Source of the DNA: an uncultured Gemmatimonadaceae bacterium
Lineage (GTDB): Bacteria > Gemmatimonadota > Gemmatimonadetes > Gemmatimonadales > GWC2-71-9
Reading direction: 5' to 3'
Length of the DNA stretch: 64,000 bases
NCBI GenBank assembly: GCA_964596925.1
Contig: CAZQWQ010000072.1
Coordinates: 576,305 to 640,304 of the forward strand
The position numbers and the translations under genes are program-made. Below are positions 1 to 9,113 of the stretch, piece by piece; within the stretch, counting starts at the first letter, position 1; every line of letters begins with the position of its first letter. The notes beneath the pieces were generated by a model. The model had not been told where the DNA came from. It did no database searches and saw only the letters and a list, made by a program, of their open reading frames with translations.

Positions 1-339
1 CCCCGCTCCAACCGCGCCCACGCCCACGGGGTGGCCCCCATGGGCGCGCTGCGTGAGGCGGGCGTGCCGTTGGGGATCGGCACCGACTCGGTGGTGAGCG
101 TTACGGATCTCGACCTGTGGGCCGAGACGCGGGCCGCGTGGCTTGGCGCCGAAGAGGCCCTACGCATGCTGACGTTGGAAGGCGCGCGCGCTCTCGGCTG
201 GGAGCGCACTATCGGCTCGCTCGAGGTGGGCAAGGCCGGTGACCTCGCGGTGTTCCGCTTCACGCCGCCGCAGCACCTGCCGCCACCCCCCTCTGCCTTG
301 CTGACGGTGATCGCTGGCCGCATCGTGCACCGGGCATGA
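1..339 (+). CDS. amidohydrolase-family protein, C-terminal fragment (5' end lies outside the window)
   Basis: Frame 1 is open from base 1. The tail '...[10 protein letters not shown]...LEGARALGW...[14 protein letters not shown]' resembles the C-terminus of metal-dependent amidohydrolases. Its stop overlaps the next start (ATGA). Confidence 0.7.
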   Translation, partial: PRSNRAHAHGVAPMGALREAGVPLGIGTDSVVSVTDLDLWAETRAAWLGAEEALRMLTLEGARALGWERTIGSLEVGKAGDLAVFRFTPPQHLPPPPSALLTVIAGRIVHRA

Positions 340-806
340 GCCTCAAGGCCCGGCGCCAGACCGCCATCCTGAGAATCGTCCGGCGCGACGCAGTGGAAAG
401 CCAGGAACGTCTCCGGGAGCGGCTCCGCGATGCGGGGTTCGTGGTCACGCAGGCGACCCTGTCACGCGATCTGCGCGAGATCGGTCTCAGCAAGGTCGCC
501 ACTCCCGACGGCGGGGCCCGCTACGCGGCGCCCCCGGGCGGGAACGCGGCGGTGCGGTCGTCGCTCGAGCACGTGGTTCCGGCGCTGCTTGTGTCGGCGG
601 ACGGAGCGGGGCCGCTGCTCGTCCTGCGCACCACCGCGGGGGGCGCCGCGGCGGTCGCCGCCGCCATCGACGCCGCGGCGTGGCCTGAGGTGCTGGGCAC
701 GGTGGCCGGGTCGGACACGGCACTCGTGGTGGTGCGGAGCGAGCAGGCACGCCGTGCGGTGCAGGTGCGCATCGGCGCCCTAACCCCCCGTCTTGCCGAA
801 CGTTAG
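336..806 (+). CDS. argR: arginine repressor ArgR
   Basis: 156 aa. The N-terminus has a winged-helix '[30 protein letters not shown]'. The C-terminus has the '[12 protein letters not shown]' oligomerisation/arginine-binding motif typical of ArgR. Confidence 0.85.
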   Translation: MSLKARRQTAILRIVRRDAVESQERLRERLRDAGFVVTQATLSRDLREIGLSKVATPDGGARYAAPPGGNAAVRSSLEHVVPALLVSADGAGPLLVLRTTAGGAAAVAAAIDAAAWPEVLGTVAGSDTALVVVRSEQARRAVQVRIGALTPRLAER

Positions 807-883
807 AAGTCGGAGTAGGATACGTGGCTGCCCCGTTCACGGTGAGCGAGGCGGTCGTTTTTTGATCCGGGAGAGGGGAAACT

Positions 884-1435
884 GTGCGCTGTCTCGCGCT
901 CAACGCGTCGTTCGAGCCCCTGACCATGGTGCCCGTGCGCCGCGCCCTGCGCCTCGTGATCGACGGCAAGGCCGAGATCGTCGAGGCGGACCAGGGCGAG
1001 GTGATGCGCAGCGCGCGCCTTGAGCTCCCGCGCCCCGCGGTGATTCGGCTGGTCAAGTTCGTGCACGTGCCCCGTCGCTTCCGTCGCCAGGTCACCAACA
1101 CCTTCCTGTTTGCCCGCGACGAGTACCGCTGCCAGTTCTGCGGCCGGCACCAGAGCTATCTGCGACACCGCGAATGCCTCACGCGCGACCACCTCATCCC
1201 GCTGTCGCGCGGCGGCACCAACGCGTGGAACAACGTCCTCACGGCCTGCTCCAGCTGCAACACTCGCAAGGGGAACCTGCTGCCCGAGGAAGTGGGGATG
1301 CACCCGTTGCGGCAACCGTTCGAGCCGCATTTCGTGCACCTCGCCTGGGCGGTGCGGCGTCTGACGGCGATCCAAACCCGCTACATCCGGCTGTTCTACG
1401 GGGCGGCCGTCCTGAGGACCCTCGAAGGGATGTAA
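884..1435 (+). CDS. HNH endonuclease (stand-alone, McrA-like)
   Basis: GTG start preceded by 'GGGAGAGGGG'. Motifs 'CQFCG', 'DHLIPLSRGG' and 'NNVLTACSSCNTRK' make an HNH/CCHH zinc-finger core. Confidence 0.8.
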   Translation: MRCLALNASFEPLTMVPVRRALRLVIDGKAEIVEADQGEVMRSARLELPRPAVIRLVKFVHVPRRFRRQVTNTFLFARDEYRCQFCGRHQSYLRHRECLTRDHLIPLSRGGTNAWNNVLTACSSCNTRKGNLLPEEVGMHPLRQPFEPHFVHLAWAVRRLTAIQTRYIRLFYGAAVLRTLEGM

Positions 1436-1453
1436 GCGGGCGGCGCTCGTCGC

Positions 1454-2077
1454 TCAGCGGTTACCAACATCTCCCGGGAACGTCCCCGTGCGCCCCTCAA
1501 GGGTCACGGTGGGCAGGCCGGCGATCCGTACCAGCGCGCGTTGCGCGCCGTGGGCCAGTGCCTGGCCGAAGTTTTCCTGTCCCGACACCGCCGGCGTGAC
1601 GTCTCCTTTCAACCAGCGCGCCAACTCCTCGAGATCGGTGTCGTTCAGCGTCGTCACGTCGAGGTGGGCCATCAGGTAAAAGCGTCCATTGCCCCTGGCC
1701 TCCAGGGCGACGCGATAGGGGAGGGCGAGCGCGGCGGCGAGATCCTCGGTGGTGGTGTACCGGGTCATGCCGCCGCCGGTGCGGATCAAAATGAACTCTT
1801 CGGCCAGCGGATCGTGCCGGGCGACCGCGTCCCATTCTACTCCGGTGAGATAGCGATCGAACCACCCCGAGCGCTCGCGCCACAGCTCCAGCCGAAAATG
1901 CAACCGCAGCGGGAAACCCGAGCGCATCAGGTCCGCAAACCGGCCGTCGTCGAGCAATCCGGTGGTTTGGACGCGGGCCACACGCTGGTCGCGGGTGACC
2001 GACAGCGCCGGGGCCTGCGACAAGAGACCAGGCGCCGCCGCTGCGACGAGACCGAGCACTACGAAGAGCAGACGCAC
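1454..2077 (-). CDS. DUF4390-like periplasmic protein
   Basis: A GTG start lies 2 nt after the upstream stop; the longer track ORF to 2257 overlaps the upstream gene. Signal-like 'VRLLFVVLGLVAAAAPG'. The pattern 'GFPLRLHFRLELWRERSGWFDRYL...YRVAL' fits DUF4390, a family normally adjacent to NtrY/NtrX-type two-component genes. Confidence 0.65.
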   Translation of the reverse strand: MRLLFVVLGLVAAAAPGLLSQAPALSVTRDQRVARVQTTGLLDDGRFADLMRSGFPLRLHFRLELWRERSGWFDRYLTGVEWDAVARHDPLAEEFILIRTGGGMTRYTTTEDLAAALALPYRVALEARGNGRFYLMAHLDVTTLNDTDLEELARWLKGDVTPAVSGQENFGQALAHGAQRALVRIAGLPTVTLEGRTGTFPGDVGNR

Positions 2078-2079
2078 CG

Positions 2080-3828
2080 CTAAAAGCGGTGCTCCAGCCG
2101 TGCGGTGACTTGCAGTGCCTGGCCGGCCGTCACCGCCTTGGCCACGTACACGCCGAACCCGCCCCAATCCACACCCAGGCCGAGGTCGGCGATCCAGCTG
2201 TCGATGTTCGGGAGCTGTCCGCTGGGCACCCGGCCGGGACCGCGGCCGACCAGCCATCCCTGGCCCGCGTCGGCGAACACCACGAAGTCCGGGCCTCGCA
2301 GGAAGCGCGTCATGTACCCCAACCCTTCACCCTCGCCCGTCTCGGGGTTGTAGCGGGTGCGGAGCGACAGGTGGCCGCGGAACTCGGCCTGCAGGGCGAT
2401 CACGCGGTCGCACGCCGCCGCGTTGGCGCCGGCGAACTCGGGGGCGGCGGACAGGGCCTGATTGCACGCACTCTGGCGGAACACATACCCGGGGAGCGGC
2501 TCGGGCCCGCCAATCGACAGCCGCCGCTGCAGCGGCAGCGGGTCGCCGCCCGCCCACCCGCCGAGGACAAGACGGAAATTTAGGCGATTCGCTCCGCCGA
2601 TCCGGTTGTAGCGGCGCAGGTCGAGGAACGCGCGCCCAAATTCGTAGGCGCCGACGAGCGCGACCGTGTCTCGCAGCGCGGCCGGGACGCCGGTCGCGCC
2701 GCGGGCGTCATTGCTGCGGCTGATGTCCAGCCACCCACGCAGGAACCACCCGGACGTGAGGTTGTCCCGATCGTTGCGCGAGTCCAGCGTGATGCTGGGG
2801 GTGAACGTGGTGTAGTGGCCGTTGTCGATCGGCGGGTTGGGGCGCCAGGGTCGTCCGGTGCGGGACAAGGTCCATGGATCGCGCGCCCGCAGGGTGCCCT
2901 GGCGCTCGCGCCGCACATCGAATCCGAGCGCGATCGGCGCCTCCACCTGCCAGCTGAGCCGCGCGGCCACACCGCTGTTGCGATAGTAGTCGCGGTAGTC
3001 GCGGCGTACGAGGAACGCTTCCCACCCCACCTCGTTCGCGTGCAGTCCCCAGTCCTCGACCGGGGCCACGAGGTCGAACGCCCGCAGTGCGAGCGCGATG
3101 GGGCGCCGGTCCCCGACACGCAGCTCGACGCGCGCGTTGTAGCCGAGGTCGCAGCACTCGCCGCTGATCGAACGGGCGGTGCGCAGCACACCCACCACCC
3201 CGGCGCGCAACCGGACGCCGCCTCCCTTGCCGAGCGCAATGTCCACGGACGGTCCGGCGATGATCGGCAGGCCTTCAACCCGGTTGTAGGTGCCGCCCGT
3301 TGCGAGCACCAGGCTGGAGCGCGAGTCGCCGCGCGTGAAGGTGTAGCGCGCGGACAGGCTCAGGCGTCGCCACAGGTCCGGAGCGTGGACCAGGGTATCG
3401 CCGACAACCCGGTAGGGGAGCGGCTCCTCGAACACGCGCACCGTACCTGCTACGACCTCGCGCGGGCCCGTGACTCGGCCGCCGATCACCAGCAGATCGC
3501 CCACGATCTCGGCCGTTGAATCGAGGACGGCGTTGCCGTTGAGCACGAGCAGCGACCCGTCGACGCGCCCGCTCACGAGCGCCGGTCCGTTGCGGACCGC
3601 CACGTTGCCGCGCCACGCGTTGCCGGCCGGGAGGTAGACGCGGCCCACCAGTCGCGTCGTCGTGGCGGCGTTGTAGAAGCGCACGGCATCGTCCGTCACG
3701 CTGCGCGGCAGCTCGGGCGGGGTGAAGTGCAGGCCGGCGCTCTCGGGGTGGATCACGATGGCCGTGTCCTGGGCGGCGAGCGGTCGCAGGATGGCGAGCG
3801 CCGCGCAGAGCAGCGAAAAGGCGCGCAT
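2080..3828 (-). CDS. outer-membrane protein: N-terminal bactofilin-like beta-helical repeats plus a C-terminal Omp85/surface-antigen-type beta-barrel
   Basis: The ATG at 3828 gives the signal peptide 'MRAFSLLCAALAILRPLAAQ'; the track start at 3840 is a TTG. The 'GRVDGSLLVLNGNAVLDSTAEIVGDLLVIGGRVTG' repeats look bactofilin-like. The C-terminus alternates in beta-barrel fashion and ends 'RLEHRF'. Confidence 0.65.
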   Translation of the reverse strand: MRAFSLLCAALAILRPLAAQDTAIVIHPESAGLHFTPPELPRSVTDDAVRFYNAATTTRLVGRVYLPAGNAWRGNVAVRNGPALVSGRVDGSLLVLNGNAVLDSTAEIVGDLLVIGGRVTGPREVVAGTVRVFEEPLPYRVVGDTLVHAPDLWRRLSLSARYTFTRGDSRSSLVLATGGTYNRVEGLPIIAGPSVDIALGKGGGVRLRAGVVGVLRTARSISGECCDLGYNARVELRVGDRRPIALALRAFDLVAPVEDWGLHANEVGWEAFLVRRDYRDYYRNSGVAARLSWQVEAPIALGFDVRRERQGTLRARDPWTLSRTGRPWRPNPPIDNGHYTTFTPSITLDSRNDRDNLTSGWFLRGWLDISRSNDARGATGVPAALRDTVALVGAYEFGRAFLDLRRYNRIGGANRLNFRLVLGGWAGGDPLPLQRRLSIGGPEPLPGYVFRQSACNQALSAAPEFAGANAAACDRVIALQAEFRGHLSLRTRYNPETGEGEGLGYMTRFLRGPDFVVFADAGQGWLVGRGPGRVPSGQLPNIDSWIADLGLGVDWGGFGVYVAKAVTAGQALQVTARLEHRF

Positions 3829-3836
3829 GGTGGAAC

Positions 3837-5216
3837 TCAATCCGAAAGGTGGCGCGGCGGCTCGAGGCCGAGGCGCCGCATCCGGCGATAGAGGTTGGCG
3901 CGGTCGGTGGAGAGGCGCCGGGCCGCATCGGCGACGTTGCCCTTGGCGGCGCTGAGCGCGCCGGCGATCAGCTGCCGCTCGTAACGGTCGAGCGTCTCGG
4001 CGAGCGGTGCCTCCGGCCCGGTGGCGGCGTCGATCGGGCGCGGCCCGACGCTGTCGAGCGGCAACACCCGCGTGACGTCGGTCGCCGTGATGGTGTCGGC
4101 CGCGGCGAGAATCGTGAGCCGCTCGACCAGGTTCGCGAGCTCGCGCACGTTGCCCGGCCAGGCGTAGGCCACCAGCAGCTGCAGGGCGCCGGTGTCGACC
4201 GCCAGCGTGCGCCCGAGCCGCCCCGACTGCCGGGCCAGGAAGTGGCGTACCAGCGGGGGCACGTCGTCCGCCCGCTCGCGCAACGGCAGGATGTGCACCG
4301 GCAGCACGTCGAGGCGGAACAGGAGGTCTTCGCGGAATTTCCCCTCCCGGGTGGCGCGGCCGAGATCCTTGTTCGTCGCGGCGAGCACGCGCACGTTCAC
4401 CGAGATGGGCTTGTCCCCGCCGAGACGCTCGATCACCCCCGTCTCGAGTACGCGGAGCAGCTTGGCCTGGGCTTCGAGCCCCAGATCCCCGACTTCGTCG
4501 AGGAACAGCGTGCCCCCATCGGCGAGCTCGAATCGTCCGAGCCGGCGGTCGGCGGCGCCCGTGAAGGAGCCTTTCTCGTGCCCGAACATCTCCGATTCGA
4601 CCAGGTCCCGGGGGATCGCCGCGCTGTTCACGGTGACGAACGGCCGGTCGGCGCGCAGGCTCTGGCGGTGGATCGCCGACGCGACGAGCTCCTTGCCCGT
4701 GCCGGACTCGCCGGTGATCAGCACGCGGGCATCGGTGGGGGCGATGCGGGCGATCAGCGCGCGCAGCTCGTCCATCGCGGTGCTCCCGCCGACCAGCGGA
4801 TCGGCGTGGCCCAACGCCTCGTGCAGCCGGCGGTTCTCGGCGCGGGTCCGCGACAGCTCCACCGCGCTGCGCACTGCCACCAGGAGCCCCTCCGGCGTGA
4901 GCGGCTTCTCGAGAAACTGAAACGCCCCGAGCTTGGTGGCGCGCACGGCGTCAGCGAGGGTCGCCTTGCCGCTCATCATCACGACTGGGACGTCGGGCAG
5001 CAGCAGTTTCAGCTGCTCCAGCGTCTGGAGGCCGTCAGGCCCGCCGGGCATCATCAGGTCGAGCATGATCGCGTCGGGTGGGGTGTCGCGTGCGGCGCTC
5101 ACCGCCGCGGTGCCGTTCGCCGCCTCGGCCGTCTCGAATCCCTCGGTTTGCAGCAGCGCGGCCACCATCCGGCGGATGTTGGGCTCGTCGTCGACCAACA
5201 GGACGCGCGGGCTCAT
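3837..5216 (-). CDS. sigma-54-dependent response regulator (NtrC/NtrX family)
   Basis: Receiver 'VLLVDDEPNIRRM...DLMMPG'. AAA+ Walker A 'GESGTGKELVA'. 'GHEKGSFTGA' (GAFTGA loop). C-terminal Fis-type HTH 'NVADAARRLSTDRANLYRRMRRLGL'. ATGA overlap with the kinase stop. Confidence 0.9.
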   Translation of the reverse strand: MSPRVLLVDDEPNIRRMVAALLQTEGFETAEAANGTAAVSAARDTPPDAIMLDLMMPGGPDGLQTLEQLKLLLPDVPVVMMSGKATLADAVRATKLGAFQFLEKPLTPEGLLVAVRSAVELSRTRAENRRLHEALGHADPLVGGSTAMDELRALIARIAPTDARVLITGESGTGKELVASAIHRQSLRADRPFVTVNSAAIPRDLVESEMFGHEKGSFTGAADRRLGRFELADGGTLFLDEVGDLGLEAQAKLLRVLETGVIERLGGDKPISVNVRVLAATNKDLGRATREGKFREDLLFRLDVLPVHILPLRERADDVPPLVRHFLARQSGRLGRTLAVDTGALQLLVAYAWPGNVRELANLVERLTILAAADTITATDVTRVLPLDSVGPRPIDAATGPEAPLAETLDRYERQLIAGALSAAKGNVADAARRLSTDRANLYRRMRRLGLEPPRHLSD

Positions 5217-6433
5217 GCGGGGAAGACGAGCGTGAACGTGGCGCCGCCCCCCGGCGTTTCCGACACGGCGATCGTTCCCTGGTGTGCGGCGATCGTCTGG
5301 CGCACCAGCGCCAGGCCCAGGCCGGTGCCATCGGGCTTGGTGGTCACGTAGGGCTCGAACACATGAGAACGGAGCTCGGGCGGGATGCCGGCGCCGTGAT
5401 CTGAGACGGTCACCACCATGCCGCGGCCCTCGCCGGCCACCGCGACGTCGATCGTGCCCCGGCCGCCCATCGCCTCCGCCGCATTGCGAAACAGATTGCT
5501 GAACGCGCGTCGCAGCGGCTCGTAGTGACCCTGAATTGTGCGGCGTCCCCCGTTCGTGGTCAGCCGGACGTCGACACCTTCGGGTACCGCGCTGTGACCC
5601 AGCTCGAGCAGCAACTCCACCACATCCACCTCGCTCGTCGGTCCTTCCGGGAGCCGGCCGAAGTCGGCAAAGTCGCGGGCGAGCCGTTCCAGGCGATCGG
5701 TTTCGGCGCTCAGGACTTCGATCGCCATCGCGGTCCGTCCCGGCGCCGGCGACTCGGTCCGCTGCAGCTGGTCCACAGCAATGCGCATCGAGGTCAACGG
5801 ATTCTTAATTTCGTGCGCGACCCGCCGCGCGACTTCCCGGAACGCGCGCAGCCGCTCGGCTTCCAGCTCCTGGGCGCGGGCCGTGTCGAGGGTCCCGGCC
5901 ATATCGCGCAATGCCAGCCGCAACGAGGCGAATTCCGGCGCGCCACGCAGCTCGCCCTCCGGCAGCGGCTCGTGTTGGCGGATCAGGCGTGTCCAGCCGA
6001 CCAATTCGTCGATCGGCCGCGACAGCTGCCGTGAGAGATGCCCCGCCACCCGGACCGCCGCGAACAGGACCAGGGCGCCGAGGACGATCACCACGATCGC
6101 CAATCCGGCCGTGTAGTAGCGCATGTAGCGATCGGCGCGGCGGGCGAAGCTCACCCCGCGGGAGACGGCGTCCAGGTGTTCGCGCACCGCCACGCGGGCG
6201 ATGGGGGAAAGCTGTGTCGTGTCGACTTGATCGAGCATCCCGCGCGCCGATGTCGCCACTTCCTCGAGCGACGCGCGGGCGCCCGCCGTCGGCCCAAAAG
6301 TCCGCACCGTCAGCACCCACCCGACCACCGCGAGTCCCGTGGGGACCGCGGCCATCAGGACGAGGACGACGAAAATCCGGCGACGAAAGGGAAGGGCCAT
6401 ATCTTGGTGCAATCTAGGGGCTTCGAGGGCCAT
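5213..6433 (-). CDS. sensor histidine kinase (NtrY/NtrB-like: two TM segments, HAMP, HisKA, HATPase)
   Basis: H-box '[10 protein letters not shown]', N-box '[10 protein letters not shown]', G1 'DHGAGIP', G2 'GTGLGLALV', and two hydrophobic helices at the N-terminus. An alternative ATG start is at 6400. Confidence 0.85.
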   Translation of the reverse strand: MALEAPRLHQDMALPFRRRIFVVLVLMAAVPTGLAVVGWVLTVRTFGPTAGARASLEEVATSARGMLDQVDTTQLSPIARVAVREHLDAVSRGVSFARRADRYMRYYTAGLAIVVIVLGALVLFAAVRVAGHLSRQLSRPIDELVGWTRLIRQHEPLPEGELRGAPEFASLRLALRDMAGTLDTARAQELEAERLRAFREVARRVAHEIKNPLTSMRIAVDQLQRTESPAPGRTAMAIEVLSAETDRLERLARDFADFGRLPEGPTSEVDVVELLLELGHSAVPEGVDVRLTTNGGRRTIQGHYEPLRRAFSNLFRNAAEAMGGRGTIDVAVAGEGRGMVVTVSDHGAGIPPELRSHVFEPYVTTKPDGTGLGLALVRQTIAAHQGTIAVSETPGGGATFTLVFPA

Positions 6434-6435
6434 CC

Positions 6436-6855
6436 ATGAAGAGCCATACGCACTACTTGTGGTTCAACACAAAGAACCGGCAAGAGATCATCGACATCAC
6501 CGATACGGTGGTCGAGCAGGTGCGAGCCAGCGCGGTGCAGGAGGGGATGGTGCTCGTCTCGGCGATGCATATCTCCGCTTCGGTGTTCGTGAACGATCAC
6601 GAATCCGGCCTGTGGCAGGACATACTCAAATGGCTCGAGCAGACCATCGCACCGTGGGATCCTGGACGCTACCGGCACAACGAGACCGGGGAAGACAACG
6701 CGGCGGCCCATCTGCGCAGTCTCACCGTGGGCCACGAGGTGATCGTGCCGATTACCAAGGGCGCGCTCGATTTCGGTCCCTGGCAGCGGGTGTTTTACGG
6801 GGAGTGGGATGGGCAGCGCAAGAAGCGGGTGATCATCAAGGTGCTGGGGGAATAG
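6436..6855 (+). CDS. yjbQ: YjbQ/UPF0047 family protein (secondary thiamine-phosphate synthase type)
   Basis: 139 aa. '[18 protein letters not shown]', 'NAAAHLRS' and '[16 protein letters not shown]' match the conserved YjbQ pattern. SD-like 'GAGGG' lies upstream. Confidence 0.85.
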   Translation: MKSHTHYLWFNTKNRQEIIDITDTVVEQVRASAVQEGMVLVSAMHISASVFVNDHESGLWQDILKWLEQTIAPWDPGRYRHNETGEDNAAAHLRSLTVGHEVIVPITKGALDFGPWQRVFYGEWDGQRKKRVIIKVLGE

Positions 6856-7280
6856 TCTCAAGACCTTCCCTTTTTGTTGCAAGTCGTTTAGAATCAAGGG
6901 TTCCCGATGGAGTCCGGGAATCGGTCCCGGCGGGTCCCCTGTTGGCCCCGGCGTCGACAAGCGGAATTCGTTCCGCGTGCTTCGAGCCGGTCAGCTGATT
7001 GCGCGCACCCCCGGTCCCCCCCGGACTCACCTTACCACCGTCCCGGGTCGACGTGGTCCGTCATCCCCCAAGGAAGCGGGGAGCGGCCATGCCACCGCGA
7101 ATCGGTTGGCGGGGCGCAGCAACCGGACGACGCACTTACCCGCGCTTGGCGCGATCGCGTCGCCGATCACATCTCGAGACTCCGCCGAATGCGCGAGGCC
7201 CCCGTCCGTCGATCGGGATCGGAACCGAGGGGCCCTGGAAACGCGCACGGAGCGAGAGTCAGGAGTCAAAACACAGTCAC

Positions 7281-9113
7281 ATGACTACTCAACCGCCGGC
7301 GCATCTTGCCCGGCCAGCGTACAAAGAACCTCCCACCCACGCCCCCAACGCAGCGCTGCTCATCGACTTCGACAACGTCACAATGGGGATCCGTTCGGAT
7401 CTTCAGACGGAGCTGAAGCGTTTGCTGTCGTCGGACCTGATCAAAGGAAAGGTCGCGGTGCAGCGCGCCTACGCCGACTGGCGACGCTATCCGCAGTACG
7501 TCGCGCCGCTTACCGCATCGTCCATCGACATGATCTGGGCGCCCGCCTACGGCGCCACCAAGAAGAACGCGACGGACATCCGCCTCGCGGTGGATGCGCT
7601 CGAGCTGGTCTTCACGCGACCGGAGATCGGCACCTTCATCCTGCTCTCGGGAGACTCGGATTTCTCCTCCCTCGTCATCAAGCTGAAGGAATACGGGAAG
7701 TACGTCATCGGGGTGGGCATTCGGGAGTCGTCATCCGACCTCCTGATCCAGAACTGCGATGAGTACTTCTCCTACAACGAGCTCGCGGGGCTCACCAAGG
7801 AGAGCGACGTCGAGCACGTGCGGCACGATCCGTGGGAGCTGGTGGTCGAGGCCGTCAAGCAGATGACCGCCCACAACGACGTGATGCGCTCCGATCGCCT
7901 CAAGCAGGTCATGCAGGAGATCGACCAGACGTTCGAAGAGAAGGACTCGGGGTTCTCCCGCTTCAGCAAGTTCGTGCAGGAGGCGGCGCACCGCGGTCTG
8001 CTCAGCACGGTGCTGCTCGACAACGGGCAGTACGAGGTCGCGCTCGGGCCACGGGCCGAAGGGGCCCCGGCGACACCCGCCACGGGTCGCCGCGAAGTGG
8101 CCTCTACCCCATCGGCTCCCAAAGTCGAGGCGGCAGCCCCCGCGCCGCGCGCTCGCAAGAGCTCCCTCATGGGCGACGCGTTTGGCCTCCTCAAGCAGGC
8201 CCTCGGTCGAATGGGTGGGGAACAGCCGGTGAGCGCCGAAGTGGTCCGTTCGGCGATGAATGAGCTCGCGCCCGAGGGCGCCAAACGGGTCGAGCCGCGC
8301 AGCATGCCGAAACTGCTGCGGCAGGCGCACGACGCGGAGCTGATCGACCTGACGCGCGACGAGGAGGGCACGTATGCCGTCCGCGTCCGTCAGGAGGAAG
8401 GCAGCGCGGCGCCGTCTCCGTTGCCGCCCCCCCTTCGCGAGCCGGTCGCGCGGACGAGCGAGCCGGAGGAGGAGGAGCCGCCGATGCCGACATCTTCGGC
8501 ACCGCCGCCCCCCTATTCCCAACCCTCGAGTTCCGGGGGTCTGCCGGTGCGCAGCGCGCGCTTTCGCCGCGGTTCGAGGGGTGGGCGCCCCGCCGCTCCC
8601 GGTGTGACCAAGGTGGGGGTCGTCGAGGTAGATCCCAACTTCCGTTCTCGAGTCGAGCAGCCGCCACCGCGGAATACCCCGCCGATGGTGACCGAGCCGC
8701 CGGCACAGGGGGCTGGACGCGATGACGAGCGGCCGCGACGCGAACGAGGAGAGCGCGGCGGTCGCGGTCGCGGCGGCCGCGGTGGCCGGGGCGGACGCGG
8801 CCGTGCAGGTGGCGAGGGCCGTGAGGGACACGAAAATCCACGCGGAGCGGGTGGGGGAGGGGGAGCGGGGGGCGCCGACATGGGCGACCGTCCGTCCCGC
8901 GGTCATCGCGGCGGTCGGGGCCGCGGAGGCAGAGGCCGCGGGGAGCGCAACGGCGAGGAGCGGGGCGAGCCGATGGTGTCCCGGCCGGTGTCTCCCCCGT
9001 TGGCGCCTAGCCCCTCGCCCACGCCTCCGCCCAGGCCATCTGCGCCGGCGCCCAAGGAGGAAGGTGGCTCCTTCTGGACGAAGGTCAAACGCGGCCTGAT
9101 CGGCGGGGAGTGA
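7281..9113 (+). CDS. NYN (LabA-like) nuclease-domain protein with two OST-HTH/LOTUS-like domains and a ~240-aa Pro- and RGG-rich tail
   Basis: The internal ATG (residue 95 of track ORF 6999..9113) precedes 'ALLIDFDNV...GDSDFSSLVIKLKEYGKYVIGVG' (NYN). Two LOTUS-like segments follow. The tail carries 'GRGRGGRGGRGGRGR' and 'RGGRGRGGRGRGE' tracts. Confidence 0.8.
   Translation: MTTQPPAHLARPAYKEPPTHAPNAALLIDFDNVTMGIRSDLQTELKRLLSSDLIKGKVAVQRAYADWRRYPQYVAPLTASSIDMIWAPAYGATKKNATDIRLAVDALELVFTRPEIGTFILLSGDSDFSSLVIKLKEYGKYVIGVGIRESSSDLLIQNCDEYFSYNELAGLTKESDVEHVRHDPWELVVEAVKQMTAHNDVMRSDRLKQVMQEIDQTFEEKDSGFSRFSKFVQEAAHRGLLSTVLLDNGQYEVALGPRAEGAPATPATGRREVASTPSAPKVEAAAPAPRARKSSLMGDAFGLLKQALGRMGGEQPVSAEVVRSAMNELAPEGAKRVEPRSMPKLLRQAHDAELIDLTRDEEGTYAVRVRQEEGSAAPSPLPPPLREPVARTSEPEEEEPPMPTSSAPPPPYSQPSSSGGLPVRSARFRRGSRGGRPAAPGVTKVGVVEVDPNFRSRVEQPPPRNTPPMVTEPPAQGAGRDDERPRRERGERGGRGRGGRGGRGGRGRAGGEGREGHENPRGAGGGGGAGGADMGDRPSRGHRGGRGRGGRGRGERNGEERGEPMVSRPVSPPLAPSPSPTPPPRPSAPAPKEEGGSFWTKVKRGLIGGE

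Noticed and set aside
884-1435. HNH endonuclease as a marker of a mobile element or restriction/defence island
   Set aside because: I see no adjacent methyltransferase, integrase, transposase, terminal repeats or GC shift. It lies between argR and a two-component operon and resembles the widespread stand-alone HNH family.
3849-5351. 500-aa plus-strand ORF
   Set aside because: It is antisense to the sigma-54 response-regulator gene, whose receiver, Walker A, GAFTGA and HTH motifs are all intact. The composition is shadow-like.
6999-7280. N-terminal extension of the NYN ORF (94 residues); similar long extensions of kbl (11844..12593), DUF4390 (2078..2257), MoxR (28506..28901) and others
   Set aside because: The extensions are Arg/Pro/Gly-rich, overlap upstream genes or lie in the non-coding gap, and precede a start that gives a normal N-terminus, often in an ATGA/GTGA overlap with the upstream stop.
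6856-7280. Candidate tmRNA, RNase P RNA, SRP RNA or cobalamin riboswitch in the long gap
   Set aside because: I looked for 'GGAAAGTCCGGGC' (RNase P CR-I), the tmRNA tRNA-like 3' end, the SRP 'GGAAGCAGCC' helix-8 context and the 'GCCACTG' B12 box. Only a loose 'AGGAAGCGG' resemblance is present, without the closing GNRA helix.
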